IMG/VR virus record: IMGVR_UViG_3300001598_000043
Span: 1 to 64,000 of that record
Length of the DNA stretch: 64,000 nt
Direction: 5' to 3' (one strand)
From: a virus
Taxonomy: Duplodnaviria; Caudoviricetes
The notes beneath the pieces were generated by a model. It was not told where the DNA came from. It made no database searches and was given only the letters and a program-made list of their open reading frames with translations. The first letter of the stretch is position 1. The number at the start of each line of letters is the position of its first letter. Below are positions 26,970 to 38,708 of this stretch, in pieces. The translations under genes were made by a program, and so were the position numbers.

Positions 26970-27818
26970 TTAGTTTCTCCTTAAATTACAACAATCACCA
27001 GAATTAGGGTTAAAATTATTCTTCCAATATTCATATGCCAATGATTCATCTTCACATACTGATATCACAGGAATAGTTATTTTTGATATAATCTCTTTCT
27101 TTACATCAAGTGGTAGATGTCTATAATTAGATTGTTTCAATGTATGTTTACTATAATCCACATCAGTAAACCATTTCTGAATCCAACTATTAACTCTTAA
27201 AAATTCTACCTGAGCTTTTCTTATTCCAAGACTATTTAACTTATCAAAATCCATATATTCAGGAATAAGTGGAGATAATCTTATTGCAACATCATATCCT
27301 AAATTTTGAAGTTTCAATATTGCATTAACTCGTTCACTTGGGATAGACGCTTTTTCGTATCCTTTTGATAAATACATCTCATCATCTAATGTTGTTACTG
27401 TAATCTGAATATGAGCCAAATCCTTATCTAACACCTCTATATATTCATCTTCTGCAATAATAGCTGATTTAGTTACTATAAGATACTCGATGCCACACTC
27501 ATTTAGACATTTTAAAGTCTCATAGGTTACTTTATGTGTCTTCTCACAAGGTTGAAAACAATCGGTCATTCCACCCAGTCTAATGACTGTTCCTTTTGGT
27601 AACTTACGTATTTTCTTTCTTATCTTTTCAATATCTGCAACTGATGGACTCTCTGGATTCCATAAGTTTCTGAAATCTAATAACGACTTTGCATAGCAAT
27701 AACTACAGTCGTGAGAACATCCACATCCATATGTATCAAGTCTTGTATTGTACTGACATTTACCACCCTCATTACCATCAACTGTTTTGAAAAAACTTTT
27801 AAATTCTTTTGTCATCAT
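26970..27818 (-). CDS. Radical SAM protein (spore-photoproduct-lyase-like subfamily)
   Basis: DTYGCGCSHDCSYCYA (CxxxCxxC), RLGGMTDCFQP, IVTKS, RLSPLIP. Confidence 0.8.
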   Translation of the reverse strand: MMTKEFKSFFKTVDGNEGGKCQYNTRLDTYGCGCSHDCSYCYAKSLLDFRNLWNPESPSVADIEKIRKKIRKLPKGTVIRLGGMTDCFQPCEKTHKVTYETLKCLNECGIEYLIVTKSAIIAEDEYIEVLDKDLAHIQITVTTLDDEMYLSKGYEKASIPSERVNAILKLQNLGYDVAIRLSPLIPEYMDFDKLNSLGIRKAQVEFLRVNSWIQKWFTDVDYSKHTLKQSNYRHLPLDVKKEIISKITIPVISVCEDESLAYEYWKNNFNPNSGDCCNLRRN

Positions 27819-28045
27819 TCTAATACCAACTCCTCTTCCATAGGCCACCATCTATCAGGCTTATTTGTAATTTCATCCCATCGTTTCTCATCATATTGAA
27901 ATGCCCAATCAGCACCAAATCTTTCAAACATCTTCTCACGTGCCTCAAAGTATGTTCCAAAAAACTTTACATACTTTCCAGCAAATTGTTGTCCAACACC
28001 AAATGTAAAATAATACCAACATTTTGATTCATTTACATCACTCAT
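27815..28045 (-). CDS. Hypothetical protein
   Basis: WYYFTFGVGQ...WAFQY; GAGG RBS. Confidence 0.55.
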   Translation of the reverse strand: MSDVNESKCWYYFTFGVGQQFAGKYVKFFGTYFEAREKMFERFGADWAFQYDEKRWDEITNKPDRWWPMEEELVLE

Positions 28046-28832
28046 TATTACACCTCTTTCTATAACTACAATATTGACAAGTTGATTTTGGTAAATCATC
28101 AGCAGATGGTTTAGGTGGTACGTTATTTAATTTAACAAAATTATCACATTCTTCTATTCTGCCAACAAGTGTCTGTTTCATATCGTCAGTAACATTAAAC
28201 ATAAAAGATTTCATTCCCAATGTATCTCTGTTTATATAAACAAATAAAACTTCGTCTATGCCAAATGCAATAGAGTATGAGATACCTTGATTGTGATGTT
28301 TAGGGTCTACATCATTTCTGCCTTGCCATTTATATACACTCTCGGTCTTTAACTCAAGTATATAGTAATGTCCTTTATATCTAATAATACCATCGCACAA
28401 GAATGACATATTTAATGTCTTGTGGTATAACTTTGTCTCCATTCCATTTTTAGATACAATATCCAAATAATCTAAATTTCTTGATGTTACAAAATCTGCC
28501 ACATTAATATACTCACAATCAATTCCGTTTGAAATCATATTAGCAACTGATTTCTGTATTCTTTCATGAATATCTGTTCCACTATTACAAATACCTACTA
28601 ATGCATATGATGTTTCTGATTCGTCTTGCTCTGCACCTGTCACTTGATAATACATATTCCTAATACAATTCATTGATGACGGTTTATATGTCTGACTTGG
28701 CTGACGTGCATTTAACTTATCTGTAATCTCTATACTACGAATTAAATCAGATAAAAATTCTTTCTCTGGTGGTAATGATTGTGTGGATGATTGTATTAAC
28801 CTACATACGTTCTTTAATGATGACCTTGCCAT
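28038..28832 (-). CDS. Cas4-like PD-(D/E)xK exonuclease (solo)
   Basis: PSSMNCIR..YY, GTDIH, CDG, LELKT, Q..SY, CQYCSY...C. Confidence 0.8.
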   Translation of the reverse strand: MARSSLKNVCRLIQSSTQSLPPEKEFLSDLIRSIEITDKLNARQPSQTYKPSSMNCIRNMYYQVTGAEQDESETSYALVGICNSGTDIHERIQKSVANMISNGIDCEYINVADFVTSRNLDYLDIVSKNGMETKLYHKTLNMSFLCDGIIRYKGHYYILELKTESVYKWQGRNDVDPKHHNQGISYSIAFGIDEVLFVYINRDTLGMKSFMFNVTDDMKQTLVGRIEECDNFVKLNNVPPKPSADDLPKSTCQYCSYRKRCNNE

Positions 28833-29237
28833 TTAAACTGTCTCCTTACTTGTAATCTTATTAATTAAATCCTCATATAAAGATTTATATGATACCATAT
28901 CAGTATTCTCTATTCCCAAGTTTCTCCTAATCTCATTATCAATGATTCCCATTACATCCATGTTAACCATTCCTATCTTCTTTCCAAGTCGAGCTCTTGC
29001 GGCATATGTAACCAATCCACAATGCACATATTTAATACTTCCCATTAAATCTATTGGAATTACATCAAATCCAGACTTACTATCCCCTAACATCAATATA
29101 CTTATTAATTTATCCATACTACGTATATTTGAAGATATCACAAGTACATAATTTTTAACAGTTCCATCTGTCTCAATAAATTCATAAATACAACCCCTAT
29201 CAGCTGGTATAATACATTTCTTATTTACATCGTTCAT
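28833..29237 (-). CDS. PemK/MazF-fold protein
   Basis: RGCIY...VLVISSN...V..IPI...C..V......RL.KKIG.V......ID..IR..LGI pattern. Confidence 0.55.
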   Translation of the reverse strand: MNDVNKKCIIPADRGCIYEFIETDGTVKNYVLVISSNIRSMDKLISILMLGDSKSGFDVIPIDLMGSIKYVHCGLVTYAARARLGKKIGMVNMDVMGIIDNEIRRNLGIENTDMVSYKSLYEDLINKITSKETV

Positions 29238-29354
29238 CTTTATTCTCCTCTTCTTCATTATAAATTTTAATTCCTAATAAAATCATTGATATGATACTCC
29301 ATATGAGCATCCCTATAAGTAAAACTACAGTAAATTCTCTGTCCATTTATTATT

Positions 29355-32300
29355 CTAAACTCCCAATCTACTAAATGCATCAGCTATATTTTCAGCCACA
29401 TTATGAAGTGTTTCTTTTACTTTTTCACTTGTCAAGTACATTCTTGCATATTCAGGATTTTCTAATCCAATCCTTAACCCATTTTCAAAAGCCTCATCAA
29501 TACGCTTCTTATATTCACTCTTCTTAATCTTCATATCTATCCTTTCTCCTACAATGTGTTTTACAGGCATATATTGATTTAGGATTCCAATCCTCACACT
29601 TATCATATCTATCAACACATTTCCATGTTCCGTTTTTATTTTTATGTGCTTTGTTAGGATATTCTGCATAACAAGAACAATCATATTTTCTCATTAACGT
29701 ACCTCTATTCTGAATGTATCTGTTCCTTTTTTGGTTGTTTCAGCAAACACAACTGTTCCATCATTGAAAGTAGTTGCATAACAATAGCAACGACATTCAC
29801 CACTTATTCTGCCTAAATCAACAACTGTTTTTACATAATGCAAAGCATCGGCAGTTGGGATGTCATCAGCATAATTAATTATCAGTCTTCTCATCTCTGC
29901 TCCCTTAGATTTTCTAATTGTTCAATCACGGCATTAATAACACCTATATCCCACATTATCCAACGATTTTTAATTGATTGTATGCACTCATCAATAGCAT
30001 CTGCTCTTACTTTGGCATCGTGTTCACTTGTGTCAATATCAAAAGTTACATTGTATTCTTTACGAATAATATACTTATTTAAATCATCAGTTTCATTCCA
30101 CTCTTCACAACTCTTGTTTATAATTGGATTAATATTTTTAGATAAAAGCAAACTTCCAATTACCATTGTAAATGCTTGTGCTAATTGATTATTTTCTTGT
30201 TTTAGAATATCATCTGCAATTCTATTTATGTCCATTAATCTACCTCTTTCATAAATTGTACTGATTCAATTATAAAATCTTCTATATTGCCACCTACACC
30301 ATTATCTAACTCACAAAGAATACTATCTGCAAATCTTTCAATTGCATCCAATTTGATATGCTTCTCATATTCTTCAAGCATTTTTTCTGCACATTTAAGA
30401 CAGCATTCACCTGTGTTTCCTTCTTCTTCGGGTTTATCACAACTATATTCAGGACAGCTCCAATTATTTTCATTGTCAAATATTGCTTGAATAATATTTT
30501 CTCTGGTCATTTTCCATATCTCACTTTCTCTTTTTCTAATTCAAGTTGCTTTATAGCAAGTTCATAGTCTTTATTTTTCTCTTCTTCCAAATGATTATAA
30601 TGTTGCTGTTGTAATGTAGGAATTATCACTATCAATGCAACTAAAATAATTGTTATACATATAATTAACGCTATTTTCATTTTCCATCATCTCCTATATA
30701 AACTGAACTTCTTAATTGGTTTATTTCCTCTTGCATACTGTTTAATTGTCTAATAAAAAATAAAATTGTTTTATCTTGTTTATCAAGTCTTTTATATATA
30801 TTTACTCCAACTACCAACAAATAACCCATATAAATAACTAATAAACCTATACTAACTATTATCTCAACCATTGTTCTGCTCCTTTAACTGTTCTGCGATG
30901 TAATTCTCAATGACTCCAATTGTATATGCTTGTTGGCATACATCTTGGGAATACAATCTATAATCACATTCATCGCACTTTAATTCCTCGCATCCTAACA
31001 AAATCATTTTGTCAATTTTATCTAATTCATCTGCTCTGCCTTGCTTTATTCCGTCATACTTTCCTAACAAATAAGCATCTGTCAAGCCTTCCTCTTTTAT
31101 TTGATTATTCATTTGTTCTGCTCCTTTAACTTGTCATATAAACCAAAACTTCCAATACTCTTAACAAGACTTAATGGAAAACAAATGTCACTTTCTTCCG
31201 TTGGTCTTAATAATACATATTTGTCGCTATGGTATTTATCATATTCAAGAGTACCTTTTGCTATTTCCCCATCTTTAAATGTTAAAGTAACTTCTTTATG
31301 TATGAACATATCAAGTGTTTCTCTCCTCATTTCTGCTCCTCTTCAATTTCCATCTCGCCACTAACAACATCAGAATCCATTTCTATGTGATGTAATATTG
31401 TTTCAACTGCTCTAGCTAATGCATAAGGAATGTTATAGAACTCAACCTTGCGATTCTTAAATTCGATTGTGACTTTGTTCATTGTTGCTCCTTTACAAAT
31501 TCCTTTGGTAATGGCATCCAAGCCAATACATCATCTTCATCTTCATAATTTTCAAAATAACATCCCATATCTGTGTAAAAAGTAGTTAATGCTATTCCAT
31601 AATGAAGTTGAATTAAAACTTCTTGTCCGTGGTCTGGTAGTTCACAATCATAAATAAACTCATACCATTCAGCTTCGTCTGCATATTCTTCTTTTTCTTC
31701 TTCGGTAAGTGGTCTTGTTTTGATTTCTATCCATTCTCCAAATTTATCCATTATTCTGCTCCTTTAGTTCATAACCACTATGCATAAGTTGGTCATTGAG
31801 ATAATATGTTCTTCCTTTACACCATTGCTCATAATAACTTTGATGTAATATAAAATATTCTTTTCCGTTGCTTTCGATTTTAAATTGGCATTGTCCTAAT
31901 CTTTTTATGCTTTGAATTGGATTGTTCTTTACAAAATCTCTACATATCATTTGAGTGTTTCTTAAATTAATACCTACGATAATGTATGGATAATCAACCA
32001 TTGTCCTGCTCCTTTAACTGTTCTGCCAATGCCAATATATCAAGGCATATCGAGCCATTATGCACTTTTACATCAATATCATTTGGCATTATATCCATTA
32101 TCTTCTCGGCAAATTCATCAATCGCATCTGCTCTTATCTCTGCCACTTGCTTTTCGGTCAGCAACATATACTCTGATACAATTTCTTGATATTTATCTAC
32201 TCTGCCTTTGGAATATCCAAAAGATAATTGGCAAGAAAAGTCACCACAATATTTACATAAACTGCAATCTTCTTGTTCATCACACAGTTTCGTGAACTCT

Positions 32301-34709
32301 TCATATAATAATTCATCAATTTTCATTGTTCTTCTCCTTTAACTGTTCTGCGTATTTCTTGGCATATACTTTTCCATAATCTGTTATTTCTCCATCTGAT
32401 ATACACCTATTTCCCAATATGCCTTGTTCAACTAACCAATTAGCAAATTCATCAATCGCATCTGCTTTAACCTTTGCATTTTGATTTTCAATCTGTCTAT
32501 TAGCAAGTCTTAATTCATCTTTGTTTAGCCACTTAATCCATTTGCCACAATCTCCACAATACAATCCAATATTGTTTCCACTTTGTTCTGTAAACACGTC
32601 TGTGCTACCACACTTACATTCAAATATTTTCATTAGCAATCCTCTTGTATTTTTCATTTTCAGCATCTATATCATACATAGCATCTTCAATTACAAACTC
32701 AAGATTACTTTTGCTGGTATGTATTATATTAAATACCTCTTCATCAATTAATTTACGTTCCATAAATAACACTCTACCAAAATCATCAAAGATAGCAAAA
32801 TCCTTATAAAATTCACTGTTTAAACTGTAGGCAAATGGTTTATATAATTTGCCTACAGTGAATCCCAAATATCTTTTATTGCACATAAATGATATGTTAC
32901 TCGTATGATATGTAAGTCTGCCGAATCTACTTAGTATACTTCTCTTTCTCTGAACAAACATAATGCACCTCAAATATCTCTGGTAAATTCTCTACTGGTC
33001 TCACATTTCCTGCGTGTCTACAAATACCACTTAATACACAATCAATACAAGGTAAACTCTTCTGTACTTCTTCCATTACTTCATCTTTAAATACTGCCAT
33101 TTTAAATTCTCCTCTCAATCCTTTAATTGTTATTACTATTTGATGTCATACCGATAATTCTTGCTGGTAAAACTACTTCATAATTACACTCATCACAACA
33201 CTCTGCATCATTGTCTTTTACAACTGGCCAAGGGTCATTTCCCCATCCCTTAATTTCTTTTCCACAAATACAACACTTCTTCATCATAATTCTATACCTC
33301 ACTAACGGATATTATTCTATATTCACAATCAATACCTAATCCATAAATCCTAATACACTCATTGACATCAGAGACGGTACATCTCTGCCGTCTCCATTCC
33401 CAATTTGACATATTATCACGATATTCAAACTCTACTGTTACCATTCGTACTCCTCATCTGTCACAACAACTTCATTAACATCATAGTACCCTAATGGGTA
33501 AATACCATATTCACAAGATGACGCTCTTCCTGACTTCAACCAACTACGGTTTGTTGCATCTGTACCAAGTTCTCCCTGGTCAGTTGCATACACCTTTTCA
33601 ATTCTTCCACTCTCATACTTGATATTATCACCAGCTTTAATCTCTGTTCCATTCTTATCAAAATATCTATAATTTAAATTGTGATGTCCATCCTTATGAA
33701 CCTCATATCTAATATCTCCTGCCATCTTACTTGTCCTCCTTATTCTCTTTCTCTGTCCATTTACATTCATAATCATCGTAGTTATATGGTTGATGATTAA
33801 TCTCATATCTACTCTTAACTGACACTGCTGAATTACCATTAACAGTAAGTCCAAAAGCCAAATCCTCTGCATAACTTGATGAGAATTCCATCGGTTTTTC
33901 AGACTTATCAAAATGAGCCCATTTTGTTGCATTCTCAATACCTGTTACATATACAGGCCCATCGTTTGTGAAAACTAATACATAGTAATAATATTTTTGT
34001 TTTTTGTTTGCCATTCTTTTGTCCTCCTGTTGACTAATTAATCTGTTGTTCTTAAATAATATGATAAGTCCTCTCCTTTGAGATTATTTAACGCATAATT
34101 GTGTGTCTTCTGATATAAGTCAATATATAACTGACAAAACTTTGTGTTTTTCTCACTCCATTGCCAAGACTTCCAATTAAGTACCATTACTAATTCTGTC
34201 AGATATTCACAATTACTCTTCCAATCCTTAAATGCTCTCTTGTATGTATCCTTAATTGCATTTATTCCAAAATTATCTGCAATTGAAAAATCCTCAAAAA
34301 ATGTTGTCTTCTGTGTGTATCCACAAAATGCCTCTGAATCAAATGTTGATATTCTAAATTCCATATTCTATACCTCCTGTGCAATGTAATTCTTCTTAAT
34401 GTATGCATCCAACTTATTACATAACTCTACATACTTTGGGTCGTTGTTAAGTTCAGCCTGAACCTGTTCACGTGTAGCTATCTGATAGATAACATACGTT
34501 GCACCTTCCTTAATCTTATTGACTGATTCACAATACTGTGTCTCAATAAGATTTGTGACTCTTTCTTTAAATTTCTTGTTAGGGATATATGCAAGTTTGA
34601 TACAGTATGCATCGTCTTTACTTCCAACGAGTAACTGTACTGATTTGCAATGATTAGATTCTAATGTGCTTCTAATTGATTCGATAAGTGCTCTTGTTCT
34701 TGTCATCAT
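29355..34709 (-). CDS. Dense array of about 20 small hypothetical ORFs (accessory region)
   Basis: Track ORFs 29355..34709, mostly overlapping ATGA-type junctions with RBSs; 33438 ORF probably starts at 33725 (MAGDIRY). Confidence 0.6.
31479..31751 (-). CDS. DUF551-like protein
   Basis: EWI....RP...ELPDHGQEVLI...VLAWMPLP. Confidence 0.7.
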   Translation of the reverse strand: MDKFGEWIEIKTRPLTEEEKEEYADEAEWYEFIYDCELPDHGQEVLIQLHYGIALTTFYTDMGCYFENYEDEDDVLAWMPLPKEFVKEQQ

Positions 34710-34749
34710 TTTGTCCTCCTGTGATTGACTTACTCTTGACTACATAAAC

Positions 34750-34778
34750 ATTATATCAAATTATTAAACTATTGTCAA
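34750..34778 (-). promoter_or_regulatory. Consensus sigmaA promoter (repeated cassette type)
   Basis: TTGACA-atagtttaataatttga-TATAAT. Confidence 0.8.
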
Positions 34779-34783
34779 CTACC

Positions 34784-35257
34784 CTAAAAAGAGTAGTCGT
34801 AATAGTAATCGGCAACACCAATTGATATGTTCTTTCTGTAGTATTTCTTTTGGATTCCTTTTTCCATAATTACATCTTTGTCAAATCCGTTATGACATAA
34901 CCATAACTGTATATTTAACTTCTCTTTTGTAAATTCTCCGTCAGCATAGGCTTCTTCAATATCTTCTCTGGTTGCAATTACTTCTGTATACCAATACTTA
35001 CCACGTTTAACTAATGTGATTGCAGGATTCTCTTCATTACTAATTAACTCCCAATCATTACTATAAGCTCCACCTTTTAACTTATGGTCGTATTCTCTAA
35101 TCTTGATATGCTTTTGGTCGGTGACTTCAATAACTTCAAATGCGTGTCTATCACTCCAAAGATATTCAGTGACACCATCACCAACTTTAATCTCTTTTAC
35201 AAACTGTCTGTTTTCTTCAAGTCTGTTATTAAGACTTCCATATAAAGTTCTACTCAT
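34784..35257 (-). CDS. Hypothetical early protein
   Basis: 157 aa; single-gene cassette between two promoters. Confidence 0.65.
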   Translation of the reverse strand: MSRTLYGSLNNRLEENRQFVKEIKVGDGVTEYLWSDRHAFEVIEVTDQKHIKIREYDHKLKGGAYSNDWELISNEENPAITLVKRGKYWYTEVIATREDIEEAYADGEFTKEKLNIQLWLCHNGFDKDVIMEKGIQKKYYRKNISIGVADYYYDYSF

Positions 35258-35302
35258 CTTAAATCCTCCTTTGAGTTTTTCAAGTTTTCTTACTACACAA
35301 AC

Positions 35303-35331
35303 ATTGTATCAAACTATTATATATTTGTCAA
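35303..35331 (-). promoter_or_regulatory. Consensus sigmaA promoter (repeated cassette type)
   Basis: TTGACA-aatatataatagtttga-TACAAT. Confidence 0.85.
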
Positions 35332-35337
35332 CACACT

Positions 35338-35364
35338 AAAAAAGACCACTAAAAAGTGGCCTTT
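35338..35364 (-). terminator. Terminator ending the replication operon
   Basis: AAAGGCCAC-ttttta-GTGGTCTTT followed by T-run. Confidence 0.7.
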
Positions 35365-35381
35365 AATAATTCCTTTAATAA

Positions 35382-35690
35382 TTAAATCTGTAATATCTCT
35401 AATCCGTATTCTTCTGCGACTTTGTGTTCTATTCTACATCCCCTTGAATTCTCCCATCCTTCTCCAAAGAATACGTAATCAGCTTCTGACATTGCTTTAA
35501 TTGAATTTCCTAACATCCTAACTGGATTATCTGATTTAGTAAACAGTGAATCTATTAGATGTATTTCAGGTTCATACGTTTCAATCTGTTTAATCACATC
35601 TCTCGCAATATCAAAATACCTTGCTCGATTTGCAATTATTTCCTCAGATGATAAATCTTTCATTGGCTGACTTATAAATACTTTAACCAT
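35382..35690 (-). CDS. DUF4406 / nucleoside-deoxyribosyltransferase-like protein
   Basis: VFISQPM...ADYVFFGEGWENSRGCRIEH. Confidence 0.7.
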   Translation of the reverse strand: MVKVFISQPMKDLSSEEIIANRARYFDIARDVIKQIETYEPEIHLIDSLFTKSDNPVRMLGNSIKAMSEADYVFFGEGWENSRGCRIEHKVAEEYGLEILQI

Positions 35691-35693
35691 ATT

Positions 35694-36776
35694 TTATTCC
35701 TCTGTGAGTAATCCAATAATACTTACTACTTCATCGTTAACTAACTTAATTGCACTATCAACACCATACCAAATTTCAATAGTATCAGATGTACAAGCCT
35801 TAATCTGTGACTTAAGTGTATTCACGTAGATGTTTCCAACAAAATCTGCAACATTATCTGAATCCTTGTAGTTGATTAATTCTGTACCTGTTGATGTCTC
35901 ACTTGATACAATCAATCCATCTTTTGTGAATGTCATTGTGATTGAACCTTCACTAAATGGGTCTATGAATAACGCAATTCTGTCTAAAGTCTGTAAGAAT
36001 GTAGTCTTATCAATCTTACACATACTCTCGAATTCAGTATTAACAACATCCATAATATCACTAATCTGATATGTTTCAGTATAACTTACCAACTTACCAT
36101 CAATTACACACTTATCGGTAACAAACTGAATCTCACCGTCATTATATCTAACTGATATTGTATCCTCGTTGATAACACCAACTAAATCCATCAATTCTGC
36201 ACTAATAAATAATGGCTCTTCTGTATTAAACAACTTATTGTCTAATGCATTGATTACCATCATATCTGTTGCAACCACGTTGTTTCCAACGAAATAATTG
36301 GTGTAACAAGGTGTATTCATTGCAACTGCTAATGCAGGTTTTAATGAATTAAGAATGGTTTTTACAGTAGATAATTTAAGTGTTCCAATCTCATTATCAA
36401 TTATTGTATCTGCTGATTTTGGGAATTTAACTACGCTACCATCCTCATCAAGAATAATATCAATCTTGTATGTACCATTACCTTTCACCTCTAAATAGGT
36501 ATCCTCAACAGTAAGTGTGATATCCTGACTTGTGGTATTTGCAATTAACTTTGCAAACAAATCTGCTGATACAGTAACTTGGAAATCGTCTGCATTTACG
36601 CCTGTTTCTTTGACAAATAAATAATTGGTCATATCAGTTGTAGATAATGTAAGAACACCATCCTTTAATTCAATTGATAGAAGACTTGTAAGTGGCATTA
36701 ATTTATTATTACTAACACCCTTAATTGATTTTGACATCATTTCCTGTAATTTTGTTGTTGATAAAGTAAGTTTCAT
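35694..36776 (-). CDS. dnaN: Sliding clamp (Pol III beta-like)
   Basis: 360 aa; LSIELKDGVLTLSTTD, VVATD, FLQTLDRIALF three-domain pattern. Confidence 0.82.
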   Translation of the reverse strand: MKLTLSTTKLQEMMSKSIKGVSNNKLMPLTSLLSIELKDGVLTLSTTDMTNYLFVKETGVNADDFQVTVSADLFAKLIANTTSQDITLTVEDTYLEVKGNGTYKIDIILDEDGSVVKFPKSADTIIDNEIGTLKLSTVKTILNSLKPALAVAMNTPCYTNYFVGNNVVATDMMVINALDNKLFNTEEPLFISAELMDLVGVINEDTISVRYNDGEIQFVTDKCVIDGKLVSYTETYQISDIMDVVNTEFESMCKIDKTTFLQTLDRIALFIDPFSEGSITMTFTKDGLIVSSETSTGTELINYKDSDNVADFVGNIYVNTLKSQIKACTSDTIEIWYGVDSAIKLVNDEVVSIIGLLTEE

Positions 36777-36787
36777 TTTTACCCTCC

Positions 36788-37603
36788 TTAAAATAGTTTA
36801 CTTGTCTTTTTAGGTATTGCCTTGTTATAAGGATTTGTGTTTGGTACAACCTTATATGGTCTACCATTTAATCTTGATAAAGATTCTTGATAATAATTCT
36901 CTGATATCTCAAATCCAATAAAATGTCTATTAAGACTCTTTGCAACATAGCAAGTAGTTCCACTACCACTAAATGGGTCTAATACCACATCATTTTCATA
37001 TGAGAATAAATCAATACATAATTGTGGTAATCTCTCTGGAAAACAAGCAATTGTGTATCCTGGTGTAGTTCCTATATGCCATACACCACTACAACCCTCC
37101 ATAAAATCACCTCTACTTATTGTAGATTTCCCTTTATTCTGTTTATTCCACTGATTCTTATATGCAATTAATATTCCCTCATATGGTGTCTGTATGAATG
37201 GGGCAGATGCTGATAACCAACTACCCCAAGCAGTCTGTTTTTTCATTGTTAAATCATCCCACATTGCAATTTTATGTGTATGATAACCAATATCATCCAT
37301 TATGTTCTTAAAATCAAATAATGGGAATCTTGAACAACTATCACCATTCTTTCTTGGTGCATTACAGAAGTAATGATTAATACATATTCTTCCATCATCC
37401 TTGAGTATTCTATAACACTCTGATAACCACTCTCTTACCCATTTAAGGTAATCTTCCCACTGCATATTATCATCCCAACTATCATACTCAATTCCAACAT
37501 TGTATGGAGGTGAAGTTACAATTAGGTCTACAGAATTATCTTCGACTTGTTTCAATCCTTTGACACAATCCATATTGTATATGTTATCAATTTGTAATCC
37601 CAT
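36788..37603 (-). CDS. DNA N4-C/N6-A methyltransferase (beta class)
   Basis: VDLIVTSPPYN ... FPERL ... VLDPFSGSGTT. Confidence 0.9.
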   Translation of the reverse strand: MGLQIDNIYNMDCVKGLKQVEDNSVDLIVTSPPYNVGIEYDSWDDNMQWEDYLKWVREWLSECYRILKDDGRICINHYFCNAPRKNGDSCSRFPLFDFKNIMDDIGYHTHKIAMWDDLTMKKQTAWGSWLSASAPFIQTPYEGILIAYKNQWNKQNKGKSTISRGDFMEGCSGVWHIGTTPGYTIACFPERLPQLCIDLFSYENDVVLDPFSGSGTTCYVAKSLNRHFIGFEISENYYQESLSRLNGRPYKVVPNTNPYNKAIPKKTSKLF

Positions 37604-37616
37604 TGTCATCTCCTTT

Positions 37617-38708
37617 TTAGAATAATTTCTTTTGAGTATGTTTGATTCGATTTTCTGCAATTGCAATATACTCTGGATTTAACTCACAACCTACGTAGTT
37701 TCTGTGATTTTTCTTTGCAACAACACCGACTGTACCACTACCCATAAATGGGTCAAGTACTACTCCACCTTTAGGACAACCAGCTAATAAACACTGTCTT
37801 ACTAATTCCTCTGGAAATGTTGCAAAATGAGCACCTTTAAACTTTGATGGTTGAATTGTCCATACGTCTCTCTTATTACGTTTTCCTGTGTATTCTTTCA
37901 TACCTGGTGTATTAGATGCACCGTCTGGTCTTCCACCACCTAATAATTCTTTCTGCCCTACATTAAATGGAGAATTATATCTTGATGCGTATAAAGGATT
38001 TGCATCCTCTTGCATTGATTCGTGGTCAAAATAATATGTAGGTGATTTAGTTAATAGGAATATATATTCGTGAGACTTTGTACATCTGTCAGTAACACTT
38101 TCAGGCATTGGATTTGGTTTATGCCATATAATATCCTGTCTTAAATACCAACCGTCATTCCTTAAAGCAAATGCCAACATCCACGGTATCCCTATCATAT
38201 CCTTTGGTTTACAGGTATTTACAAGATGTTTACTTGTAATATTATCTACACTACCTACATTTGTTTTCTGCTTATCACTTGTAACCGAACCAGTATTTGA
38301 TGAATTATAAGTATCACCAATATTCAACCATAGTGTTCCATCGTCTGTCATTGCTCTTCTAATTTCTCTAAAGATTTCAACCAAACGATTTATAAAATCC
38401 TCTGGTGTTTCTTCTAACCCAACCTGTTCATCAATTCTAATTGCACCACAATCTGGACATACACTTTTGTATATTCCACTTGCACAAGCAATTCCCATCT
38501 CTCTCATTTTCTTATGAGTTCCTGTTGATGCAGTATCACTTATCGGCTTCATATGTTTACAATTAGGGTCTCCACCTTGCCAAGTAGCAGTTCCATAGTC
38601 ACGTAAACCAAAATACGGAGGAGATGTTATACAACAATTTATACTATTATCTGGAAATGTCTTTAAAGTATCTAAATTGTTACCTAAATAAATTTTATTA
38701 ACGTCCAT
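37617..38708 (-). CDS. DNA N4-C/N6-A methyltransferase (beta class) with CxxC insert
   Basis: CITSPPYFGLRDY, WYLRQDIIWHKPNPMPES, HFATFP, VLDPFMGSGT. Confidence 0.92.
   Translation of the reverse strand: MDVNKIYLGNNLDTLKTFPDNSINCCITSPPYFGLRDYGTATWQGGDPNCKHMKPISDTASTGTHKKMREMGIACASGIYKSVCPDCGAIRIDEQVGLEETPEDFINRLVEIFREIRRAMTDDGTLWLNIGDTYNSSNTGSVTSDKQKTNVGSVDNITSKHLVNTCKPKDMIGIPWMLAFALRNDGWYLRQDIIWHKPNPMPESVTDRCTKSHEYIFLLTKSPTYYFDHESMQEDANPLYASRYNSPFNVGQKELLGGGRPDGASNTPGMKEYTGKRNKRDVWTIQPSKFKGAHFATFPEELVRQCLLAGCPKGGVVLDPFMGSGTVGVVAKKNHRNYVGCELNPEYIAIAENRIKHTQKKLF

Noticed and set aside
15477-27818. Complete 7-deazaguanine DNA-modification pathway (QueC plus radical SAM as QueE)
   Set aside because: The radical SAM protein has SPL-like rather than QueE-like motifs and is 10 kb away. 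No FolE, QueD or DpdA is seen here, although the rest of the genome is not visible.
28038-28832. CRISPR-Cas locus
   Set aside because: Solo Cas4-like nuclease in a recombination context; no repeat-spacer array or other cas genes anywhere in the window.
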